Part shown: one piece after another, positions 14,268 to 22,225 of the stretch
Numbering within the stretch: position 1 is the first letter of the stretch
How the letters are laid out: each line of letters opens with the position of its first letter
Assembly: GCA_031274985.1 (NCBI GenBank)
Contig: JAISPK010000016.1
Location: forward strand, 222-24,221
Direction of reading: 5' to 3'
DNA from: Coriobacteriales bacterium
GTDB taxonomy: Bacteria; Actinomycetota; Coriobacteriia; Coriobacteriales; UBA8131
DNA: 24,000 nucleotides
The notes under the pieces: generated by a model
Databases searched by the model: none
What the model was told of the DNA's origin: nothing
The model's input: only the letters and a program-made list of their open reading frames with translations
Program-made: the position numbers and the translations under genes

Positions 14268-16046
14268 ATGAAGGTTAAAGAGCCCAAGCCTTTCAAATTC
14301 AGTATCCGACTTAAGCTTGCTGTTTTTGTTGGGGCGCTTATTGCTGCGTTGATGACCGGGGACGCTCTGTGGACTGCCTCACTCCAACAACAACAATCAG
14401 AATTCGAAGCGCACGAAAAGGCCGAGGTGCTCGCGGGAGAAATGCGCGCGGTGTGGGATTTTCTCGACATAAACCAAAACATCGTCAATCGCACGCTGGA
14501 CGGGGCGATTCGCTCAAAAACGCTGGTATGCGTTGTTGCAGCAAAATCGATTAGCTACCTCTTTGCGGAGGACACCGACTACACGATTCGCTTTGTCAAT
14601 CAAACACCGCGCGAAGTTGTGGGCACGCCTGACGCCTTTGAAGAGCGGGCTTTTGCCGCGTTCATAGCTGACGGCAAGCTGGAGGCCTATTCTGAAGTCG
14701 AGATAAACGAGCAGGGCGAGCGCGTCTTTCGCTATGCCGAACCCCTGTATGTCACCACGATGTGCCTGGAGTGCCACGGGGACCCGGCAGGAGAACTCGA
14801 CCAGTACGGCTATGAAAAAGAGGGCATGCACATCGGGGATATCGGAGGGGCGCTCTCTATCATTGAGCCCATGAATATCTACCGGGAAGGCATGCAGCGC
14901 AGCGTTATGCAGCAGTTGATCATGGTGTTGATTATGTTTGTCCTTGCCAGTATAGGCATCTATTATGCGGTAAACCGGCTGGTCTTGCGCCCCATCGAAA
15001 AGCTCGAGCATGCTGCAAAGAAAATCGGTGGCGGAGAATTCAAATACACGCTCAACATCAAGAATTTTGGTGGCTCAGACGAAATCACCGCTTTTGTTGA
15101 GGACTTTGACAAAATGGCCCAGCGGCTCAAGCATCTCTACCTCGACCTCGAGAGCGAGGTGGCGCTCCGCACCGAAGAGCTCTACGAGCTCAATAAGCTG
15201 CTTATTCAACAGAAGACGGAGCTCAAGGAAGCGCTTGACCGCTTAAACGAAGAAACCGCCTATAAGAGCGAGTTCTTTGCCATTATGAGCCACGAGCTCC
15301 GAACGCCTCTTACCTCGGTGCTTGCCTTTGCCCGCATCCTTCAGGCTTCGGACACCCTTGACGACAAGACCTCTCATTCGGTTGAGGAGATTGAGGTCAA
15401 TGCAACGCTTCTCCTCAATATGGTCAATAACATGTTGACCCTTGCAAAAGCCGAGGCGCTCAAGAACGAACTCCTGGTTGAGCCGGTTGATTTTGTTGAC
15501 CTGATTGGGTTTGTGAAGGATTCGCTTGAGCCAATAGCGCGCAACAAGGGCATCGACTTTACCGCAAAAACCAACCTGGACGTGCCGGTGACCATGGCAG
15601 ACTGGGAAAAGCTCCGGCGCATCGTAGAAAACCTCGTTGACAATGCCATCAAATACACACAAACGGGCGGCGCCATCAGCATCAGCGTGCATTATGAGTG
15701 TGCTGAGGCGGCGGTACCGGGCTCTGGCGAGAGTTCTGACGAAAACGGCGCTTCTGAGTGTCCGTGCAAAGACGGCTTTGTGGTGATAGTGGTAGCCGAC
15801 GATGGCATGGGAATTGCCGCAGAAGACCAGGAGACGATCTTTGATCGCTACAAACAGGGAATCCAGTCTCCTGACCGCCGCTATCGAGGCACCGGACTCG
15901 GCCTGGCGGTAGTTAAGGAGCTCACTGAGCTGCATGGTGGGACGGTCTCTTTTGAATCCACCATTAATAAAGGGAGTACCTTTACGGTGCGCATCCCCTA
16001 TATCCGGGTAGATACCGAGGGCTATTATGAAGATACTACTGGTTGA
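14268..16046 (+). CDS. Sensor histidine kinase with extracytoplasmic c-haem (CxxCH) DUF3365/Tll0287-like domain, HAMP, HisKA, HATPase_c
   Basis: Between TM1 (LAVFVGALIAALMTG) and TM2 (LIMVLIMFVLASIGIYYAV) lies FRYAEPLYVTTMCLECHGDPAG. The H-box is MSHELRTPLTSVLAF, the N-box is NLVDNAIKYT, and the G-boxes are DDGMGI and GTGLGLAV. The ATG at 14268 has AAGAGGG 9 nt upstream. The GTG at 14262 is an alternative start. Confidence 0.85.
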   Translation: MKVKEPKPFKFSIRLKLAVFVGALIAALMTGDALWTASLQQQQSEFEAHEKAEVLAGEMRAVWDFLDINQNIVNRTLDGAIRSKTLVCVVAAKSISYLFAEDTDYTIRFVNQTPREVVGTPDAFEERAFAAFIADGKLEAYSEVEINEQGERVFRYAEPLYVTTMCLECHGDPAGELDQYGYEKEGMHIGDIGGALSIIEPMNIYREGMQRSVMQQLIMVLIMFVLASIGIYYAVNRLVLRPIEKLEHAAKKIGGGEFKYTLNIKNFGGSDEITAFVEDFDKMAQRLKHLYLDLESEVALRTEELYELNKLLIQQKTELKEALDRLNEETAYKSEFFAIMSHELRTPLTSVLAFARILQASDTLDDKTSHSVEEIEVNATLLLNMVNNMLTLAKAEALKNELLVEPVDFVDLIGFVKDSLEPIARNKGIDFTAKTNLDVPVTMADWEKLRRIVENLVDNAIKYTQTGGAISISVHYECAEAAVPGSGESSDENGASECPCKDGFVVIVVADDGMGIAAEDQETIFDRYKQGIQSPDRRYRGTGLGLAVVKELTELHGGTVSFESTINKGSTFTVRIPYIRVDTEGYYEDTTG

Positions 16047-16725
16047 CGACGAAGCGAGCATCCGAAGGCTCGTAGCCAGCATGATTACCGATGCAGGCTA
16101 TGAATTTTCCTATGCAGAAGATGGCATCAAGGCGCTTTCTGTCGCAGAAAAGAGCAAGCCGGATCTCATCATCCTGGATGTGATGATGCCCCAAATGGAC
16201 GGATTTACCACGTGCCGCAAGTTGCGCGAAAAAGGCATCACTGCGCCCATCATCTTTCTCTCGGCAAAAGGTGACATCGTTGACAAGGGCATAGGTTTTG
16301 AGGCCGGCGGCGATGACTATCTGGTAAAACCTTTTGACCCCAGAGAGTTGCTCATGCACATTGAGGCGCATCTCCGGCGGGCTCAGATGGCACCGCACAC
16401 CAAGGGGGAGCAGGCTGCTGTGCTGCGTATTGGCAGATTTATGCTGGACAGCGGCCGGTTTCGCGCTGCTAAAGACAACCAGCAGCTTATGCTCACCGTC
16501 AAAGAATTCAGGATTCTCTATACCCTTGCCAGCAACTATGGCATGGTAATCTCAAGAGAACAGCTTGTCGAGGCCGTATGGGGGAGAGAATTTGTTGGCG
16601 AGACCTCGAGCATCACCGTTTTTATCAAGAAACTGAGAGAAAAGATAGAGGACGACCCGTCGGAGCCTCAGTTCATTCAAACGGTCTGGGGTCTTGGCTA
16701 TCGGTTTGAGCCGGGTGCACCGTGA
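16027..16725 (+). CDS. OmpR/PhoB-family response regulator
   Basis: The receiver is MKILLVDDEASIRR...DLIILDVMMPQMDG...VKPF and the winged helix is LTVKEFRILYTL...ITVFIKKLREKI...WGLGYRF. It overlaps the kinase gene by 20 nt. Confidence 0.9.
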   Translation: MKILLVDDEASIRRLVASMITDAGYEFSYAEDGIKALSVAEKSKPDLIILDVMMPQMDGFTTCRKLREKGITAPIIFLSAKGDIVDKGIGFEAGGDDYLVKPFDPRELLMHIEAHLRRAQMAPHTKGEQAAVLRIGRFMLDSGRFRAAKDNQQLMLTVKEFRILYTLASNYGMVISREQLVEAVWGREFVGETSSITVFIKKLREKIEDDPSEPQFIQTVWGLGYRFEPGAP

Positions 16726-16769
16726 GTCAAACAAGGGGGGCCGCACAGGGGAGGAGGCCGGTATCCTTG

Positions 16770-18122
16770 TCAGCCCAGATAATTATCTCTTTGCCACGTG
16801 CCGCTTAAGACCTCACCTGAGGCGTAGGTAAAAGTGCCCTGGCCGGAGCGGTAACCGCCCAGGAAGTTGCCGGTGTAACTCCCGTAGTAGTTTCCTGCAA
16901 TATCCCTATAGGTCTGTGTGCCAAAGCCGGTTCTGGCGCCGTTGAGCCAGGCGCCCGTATACGATGACCCGTTGGTAAAGTAAATAGTTCCCTGGCCTTG
17001 CTGTATACCGTCGACCCAATCGCCGGTATACGACCAGCCTGCTGCGCTGATGTAGCTGCCTGAGCCGTTCTCGAGGTTGTTGTTCCATCCGCCGCTGTAG
17101 ACCGAGCCGTCCTGGTAACGGTAGGTTCCCTGACCACTGCGCTGCCCGGCGCTCCATTCTCCTTCGTAGACCCAGCCCAGCGCACTGGTGAGCGTGCCCC
17201 ATCCCTCTTCTTTTCCTTTGGCCCACTGGCCCGTATACACCGACCCGTCTGAATAGGTAAGGGTGCCCGTACCACTTCTGCTGCCTTTTTCAAAGGAGCC
17301 TTCGTACGTCCAGCCCTCCGTAGAAACAAAGACGCCGGTTCCATGGATCTCGTCATTAAAAAACTCGCCCGTGTAAACCGAGCCGTCTTTGTAGGTCAAC
17401 ACGCCGCTGCCCTGGCGGATACCTCTCTGCCAGTCTCCGATATAGGCCGGGAGAGCGCTCGACCCCGGCGTAAAGGTTCCCCGGCCGTCGGGCATATCAT
17501 TTTTGAATGCACCCGTATAAACCGAGCCGTCCCTATAGGCAAGGGTCCCCTGACCCTGCCTGACTCCTCCGACAAAATTACCTTCGTAGACCCAGCCCTC
17601 TTTGCTGGTCAACACGCCAAAGCCGTCCCAAAGTCCGTTTTTCCAGCTTCCTTTGTAGACGGAGCCTCCCTGATAATAAAAGGATCCCTGCCCCTGCATC
17701 TCGTCTTCAGCCCATTGGCCTTCGTATCTTTCGCCGTTGGGCAAGGTATAGGTTCCTCGTCCTTCTCGCTTGCCTTCGGAAAAGGTGCCTTGATAAATCG
17801 GTCCTTCGGCATAACGCAGGATACCCTGGCCGTCATAGAGACCGTCTTTGTAGTTACCAAAGTAGAGATCGCTCGCAAAGAATTGAAAATAGGTAAAAAT
17901 GCAAAGGAACACGAGGGAGACCGCTGCCACTGCCGTGCAGTATATTTGGGCTTTTTTGCGAGTTTTTAGAGGGGCTCTTTCAAGGAGAGAGCCTTTTCTG
18001 ATGAGAACTACACCCGTTATTGCGATGCAGAGCACTATTATTCCGAGGGCCACAATAAAAGTAGCCAAGACAGATCCTCCCGTCTGTTTCGTGTCCCCCA
18101 GAAACAGGCACCAATCTACCAT
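16770..18122 (-). CDS. MORN-repeat membrane protein
   Basis: Two N-terminal TM segments are followed by about 15-16 tandem 23-aa units of the form YxGxWxxGxxxGxG (for example YEGQWAEDEMQGQG and YTGQWAKGKEEGWG). Confidence 0.85.
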   Translation of the reverse strand: MVDWCLFLGDTKQTGGSVLATFIVALGIIVLCIAITGVVLIRKGSLLERAPLKTRKKAQIYCTAVAAVSLVFLCIFTYFQFFASDLYFGNYKDGLYDGQGILRYAEGPIYQGTFSEGKREGRGTYTLPNGERYEGQWAEDEMQGQGSFYYQGGSVYKGSWKNGLWDGFGVLTSKEGWVYEGNFVGGVRQGQGTLAYRDGSVYTGAFKNDMPDGRGTFTPGSSALPAYIGDWQRGIRQGSGVLTYKDGSVYTGEFFNDEIHGTGVFVSTEGWTYEGSFEKGSRSGTGTLTYSDGSVYTGQWAKGKEEGWGTLTSALGWVYEGEWSAGQRSGQGTYRYQDGSVYSGGWNNNLENGSGSYISAAGWSYTGDWVDGIQQGQGTIYFTNGSSYTGAWLNGARTGFGTQTYRDIAGNYYGSYTGNFLGGYRSGQGTFTYASGEVLSGTWQRDNYLG

Positions 18123-18269
18123 AAGTGCACTTTTTGGACGCTTCCCTAAGCATCCTTTGTGCTATTCCTGCGTGAACTATATCATAATAATGCGATTTGT
18201 GCTATTTCCTCGAGGACAATGTCCTCAAGGACGATGGTTGTTTTTAACTGAATATAGTTCAGAAAAAAG

Positions 18270-18346
<77 letters not shown>

Positions 18347-18446
18347 ACAGTTGCTGCCTCTCCCCCTCCCCCGTGCGTTTGACCGCATTATGGACAGCTG
18401 TGCAATCCTACCACAAAGACGTGCGCTGTAAAAGTAGGAGTTGCGC

Positions 18447-20246
18447 TCAGGAATCTCCGAGGAAGGCGCCCGACTGTCTGGACCAGAGCCTCGCGTACTC
18501 CCCTCCCGCCTCTATGAGCTGGGCATGGGTGCCGTCTTCAACGATGCGTCCTTCGCTCAAAACGATGATGCGATCCAGCGAAGCGACCGTTGAAAGACGG
18601 TGCGCCACCACGATGGAGGTGCGGCCTTTCATGAGGTTGGCCATGGCGTCCTGAATGAGTTTTTCGCTCTCGGAGTCCAGGGCCGAGGTTGCCTCGTCCA
18701 ACACAAGAAGGGGGAGGTCGGCCAGAATGGCGCGGGCTACGGCAACGCGCTGGCGCTGGCCGCCGCTGAGCTTGACACCGCGCTCGCCGGTAATCGTATC
18801 AAAGCCTTTTGGCAGCACTTCGATGAACTCCAGGGCGTTTGCCTTTTCTGCGGCAGCGCGGATTTCTTCTTCGCTTGCGTCGGGGCGGCCATACGCGATG
18901 TTCTCGCGCACCGTGCGATGAAAGAGCAGCGGTTCTTGCGGCACGTAGGCTATTTGTGAGCGCAGGCTTACCTGCTTGACGCCGGCAATGTCCTGACCGT
19001 CAATGCAAATAGAGCCTTTTTGCAGGTTGGAGAGGCGGAGCAGGAGCGTGGTGAGCGTTGTTTTGCCCGAGCCGCTCCTCCCCACGAGACCTACCCTCTG
19101 GCCAGCAGGGATATGCAGCGTAAAACCGGAGAACACCTTGGTAGTGAGCCCGTCTTCTTCCCGGTAGGCAAACTCCACGTCATTGAAGTCGATGGCCCCG
19201 GTACTCACCTTGAGCTCTGCTGCTCCCTCGATATCACTCACCAGCCTCGGCTCGTCGAGAATCGCGGTCATAGCAGCGGCCTCCCCAAAACCCCGGTAGA
19301 TATTGGCAAAGGTCATGTTGAGGCGGTTGAACTGCATGCAGAGCGAATACGTATAGGTAAACGCCATAACCAGCGTACCCGCCGTGATGCCAAACCACAC
19401 GCTGCCGCCGGTGATAAAGATGACCATGCAGGTCATGATGCACACGATGATAAAACTGGTGACCCCGCCGCGGAAGGTCGCTGAGCGCATGCGGCGCGAG
19501 CCCGCGGCAAATACCTCGTTGTTGACCTCGTCAAAGGTCTGGCGCTCAAAGGCCTCGCGCCCAAAGGTCTTAACCGCCAAAATGTTGGTGATGGAGTCCG
19601 AGAGCTCGCCCGAAAGGGCGTTTTGCGCCGCAGCCGTGGCAGCATTGAGCGGCAGGATCCTCTTGAAGAGCATCCAGGCCGCAATGGTATAGATGACGAG
19701 CAGCACGGCAAGCGTCAGCACATAGAGCGGCAAAGGCGCGGCGAGTATCACCAGCGTAAAGAGAGCGGTAAGGCCAATGGGAATCACCGCATAGATTAGG
19801 CTCTCTGACAAAATGGTATAACCCGTGATGAACTTTTGTGTCTGTGATACCAACGATCCACCAAAGCGGGCAGCATGAAAGGTCATGGATTGGTTTGAGA
19901 GGGTGTCAAACGTGCTGGTTGCCAGGTCATAGTTTGCAAGAACCTCCAGCTTCCACACGCTGTAGTCCTGAATCTTTGAACAGGCCTGTCCCAGCAGGTT
20001 TATGCCTATCAGGGCTATGATGTAGGGGGCATAGGCCTGCAGGACGTTTTCTTCGAGCCAGGGCGGCTCGGCGGCAAGCTTGTCAACGATCAGCCCCATG
20101 ACAAAGGGATTACCAAAGGTCAAAAAGCCCACAAAGCCCAGCGTAGAGAGCAGCCCGAGGGTGAAGAACCCCCGGTGGCGGCGGGTGACCACCCAGTAAT
20201 AATGCAGCGTTCGTCTCGTAATTGACGGTGTTTTTGTCTGACTCAT
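18447..20246 (-). CDS. ABC exporter, fused permease/ATPase (MsbA/type I exporter-like)
   Basis: The 599-aa protein has an N-terminal 6-TM domain. Walker A is GRSGSGKTT, the signature is LSGGQRQR and Walker B is LLVLDEATSALD. Confidence 0.9.
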   Translation of the reverse strand: MSQTKTPSITRRTLHYYWVVTRRHRGFFTLGLLSTLGFVGFLTFGNPFVMGLIVDKLAAEPPWLEENVLQAYAPYIIALIGINLLGQACSKIQDYSVWKLEVLANYDLATSTFDTLSNQSMTFHAARFGGSLVSQTQKFITGYTILSESLIYAVIPIGLTALFTLVILAAPLPLYVLTLAVLLVIYTIAAWMLFKRILPLNAATAAAQNALSGELSDSITNILAVKTFGREAFERQTFDEVNNEVFAAGSRRMRSATFRGGVTSFIIVCIMTCMVIFITGGSVWFGITAGTLVMAFTYTYSLCMQFNRLNMTFANIYRGFGEAAAMTAILDEPRLVSDIEGAAELKVSTGAIDFNDVEFAYREEDGLTTKVFSGFTLHIPAGQRVGLVGRSGSGKTTLTTLLLRLSNLQKGSICIDGQDIAGVKQVSLRSQIAYVPQEPLLFHRTVRENIAYGRPDASEEEIRAAAEKANALEFIEVLPKGFDTITGERGVKLSGGQRQRVAVARAILADLPLLVLDEATSALDSESEKLIQDAMANLMKGRTSIVVAHRLSTVASLDRIIVLSEGRIVEDGTHAQLIEAGGEYARLWSRQSGAFLGDS

Positions 20247-20299
20247 GCGCCGGCCCTTCTCTTAGTGCTTTTTCTCGCGTCTCTCGTTGCGCTCTTACC

Positions 20300-20363
20300 C
20301 AGGAGTATCATCACGCTGCTTCTCAGGAGTATCATCGCACTGCTTCTCAGGAGTTTTGTCACC
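20300..20363. repeat. 24-bp tandem direct repeat, about 2.6 copies, in a divergent intergenic region
   Basis: The copies are caggagtatcatcacgctgcttct (20300-20323), caggagtatcatcgcactgcttct (20324-20347) and the partial caggagttttgtcacc. Confidence 0.85.
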
Positions 20364-20394
20364 ATGGCAACATTTTAATACTCAAATACCCCTA

Positions 20395-20403
20395 TGGTAT
20401 AAT
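20395..20403 (+). promoter_or_regulatory. Candidate extended -10 promoter (TGgTATAAT) for the secreted coiled-coil protein gene
   Basis: TGgTATAAT lies 46 nt upstream of the ATG at 20449 and immediately downstream of the 24-bp repeats. Confidence 0.45.
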
Positions 20404-20448
20404 TGAACGTCTCATTTGCAATAAAAACGTTCACAGAGACAGGTTTTG

Positions 20449-21501
20449 ATGCGGCTTTTTCCCAAGATACTCTCCCTTGCCCTGGTGGCTTGCTTAGTGC
20501 TGTTTGCTTTGCCGGGGCCGAGCGTCTGGGCGCAGGAAGAGGTCACGGCGGACACCCCCTGGCCCAACATGGATGAGCTCCAAAAACAGGTGGACGATGC
20601 TGCTCTGGAATACGAAAACGCCACAAAGCAGGTTACCGAGCTCAAGGGGCAGATTGACGAGCTTAATACTCGCATCTCAGAGGTGCAGCGCCAGCTGCCC
20701 AAAGCGCGCGAGCTCTCCGATAATGCTGCGCGGCAGTATTATCGCACGTTCTCAACGTCAAACCCGTTTTTAGAAATGATATTCGGCGCTACCTCGTTGG
20801 CTGACTTCTTTGCTACCATCGAGTATTCAACGCGTCTCAATCAGCGTTATATCGATGACATCAATGCGCTCAAAACGCTCAATACCAAGCTTGAGCAGAT
20901 GCGCGCTGAGCTGGAAGAAAAGAAGGTGGCCGTAGAAAAGGAGCAGCTGCGCGCAGAGGAGGCCTTGCTCGATGCGCGGCGTGCGCAGAATATCGCCGAA
21001 GATACCGCGCGCAAGATTGCCGAGGCTACGGCGGCGGCAACGGCCGCAGCAGCGGCGGCGGCGGAGGCCGAGCAGCATACTCCTGAGCCGGCGTTGCCCC
21101 CGAGCAATCCCGAACCGGGGCTCCCTGAGGCTCCCACCGAAAAACAGGCCTTTGTGAACCTCTGGACACCGCGCATTGACGCCTATCTGGCCGGCTCACC
21201 GCTGGCAGGCTATGGATACGCCTTTGCCAACGCTGCCTATGACTATAATGTGGATCCCCGCTGGAGCCCGGCTATCGCCCACCTCGAAAGCGGCAAGGGT
21301 CAGTACTGCTTTTTGCCCCACAACGCCTGGGGCTGGGGCTCGGTGTCCTGGCCGGACTGGGAAACCGCCATCTATTCACATGTTCGCGGACTGTCGATTG
21401 GTTATGGCTACACCATCTCCGTGGCCGCAGCACAAAAGTACTGCCCGCCAAACTGGGAATACTGGTACGACTTTGTCTCTAATCAGATGACGAGAATCTA
21501 G
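20449..21501 (+). CDS. Secreted coiled-coil protein with C-terminal lysozyme/glucosaminidase-like domain (PcsB-like architecture, putative peptidoglycan hydrolase)
   Basis: The signal peptide is MRLFPKILSLALVACLVLFALPGPSVWAQEE. About 170 aa of heptad-like coiled coil follow, then an Ala/Pro linker. The C-terminus has AIAHLESGKGQY...HNAWGWG, which resembles the ESG...N.FG catalytic region of the glucosaminidase/FlgJ-type fold. The TTG at 20446 is an alternative start. Confidence 0.6.
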   Translation: MRLFPKILSLALVACLVLFALPGPSVWAQEEVTADTPWPNMDELQKQVDDAALEYENATKQVTELKGQIDELNTRISEVQRQLPKARELSDNAARQYYRTFSTSNPFLEMIFGATSLADFFATIEYSTRLNQRYIDDINALKTLNTKLEQMRAELEEKKVAVEKEQLRAEEALLDARRAQNIAEDTARKIAEATAAATAAAAAAAEAEQHTPEPALPPSNPEPGLPEAPTEKQAFVNLWTPRIDAYLAGSPLAGYGYAFANAAYDYNVDPRWSPAIAHLESGKGQYCFLPHNAWGWGSVSWPDWETAIYSHVRGLSIGYGYTISVAAAQKYCPPNWEYWYDFVSNQMTRI

Positions 21502-21511
21502 CGCTGGAGTC

Positions 21512-22225
21512 TTAGAGCCCCAGAGCCTTCTTAAGTCCGGCGACCCTTCGCCTGGATACCGGCACTTTTTCTTCTTCGCCCGCGAGCGTCAACTGCAAGG
21601 TGCCGCCACTCACCGGGGATACCTCTTCGACGCAATCGAGGTTTACCAGATAGCGGCGATGTACCCTGAAGAAATTGTACGGCTCCAGCTTGGTCTCCAG
21701 CTGCGCCAGCGAAACGGTAGAAAGATAGCGGTCGTTGCTGGTATGGAGATACGAGTAATCATCCTTTGCCATGATATAGCGAATCTTATCGGTGGACACC
21801 AGGAGCTTTTTGCCGCCCTTTTCAACGGGTATACGCTCCATCTGTACACCTTTTGAGTTTGAGGAGAGGTGTTTTTTGACCTTGCTCAGGGCTTTTTGGA
21901 GTCGCTCGGTGGCAACCGGTTTTAAGAGATAGTCGATAGCGTTGACGTCAAAGGCTTTGACGGCATGCTCGCTGTGGGCCGTTACAAAGATCACAGCAGG
22001 TGGATACTTAAGGTGTCCCAGTGCTTCTGCAAGCTGCAAGCCGGTAGCGCCGGGCATTTGGATATCCAAAAACATCAGGTCGCCACCATGCTCTTTGAGG
22101 CGTTCGATGGCTTCTCTGATGTTGCTGGCTTCAGCAACCACCTCGACCTGTCCGGTTTCTTCTAAAAGGTAATGCAATTCGCTTCTGGCAGGAGCTTCAT
22201 CGTCAACTATTATCGCTCTGATCAT
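21512..22225 (-). CDS. LytTR-family response regulator
   Basis: The receiver is MIRAIIVDDE...DLMFLDIQMPG...LKP. The LytTR DNA-binding domain is IRYIMAKDDYSYLHT...FFRVHRRYLVNL. Confidence 0.9.
   Translation of the reverse strand: MIRAIIVDDEAPARSELHYLLEETGQVEVVAEASNIREAIERLKEHGGDLMFLDIQMPGATGLQLAEALGHLKYPPAVIFVTAHSEHAVKAFDVNAIDYLLKPVATERLQKALSKVKKHLSSNSKGVQMERIPVEKGGKKLLVSTDKIRYIMAKDDYSYLHTSNDRYLSTVSLAQLETKLEPYNFFRVHRRYLVNLDCVEEVSPVSGGTLQLTLAGEEEKVPVSRRRVAGLKKALGL

Noticed and set aside
16726-16769. Bidirectional terminator between the response regulator and the MORN gene
   Set aside because: The 44-nt gap has only a loose CAAGG...CCTTG pairing with a long G-rich interior and no U-tract on either strand. 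That is not enough to call a terminator.
20300-20363. CRISPR array
   Set aside because: Only about 2.6 directly abutting 24-bp units are present, with no spacers and no cas genes in the window. The same holds for the 12-bp repeat at 8829-8860.
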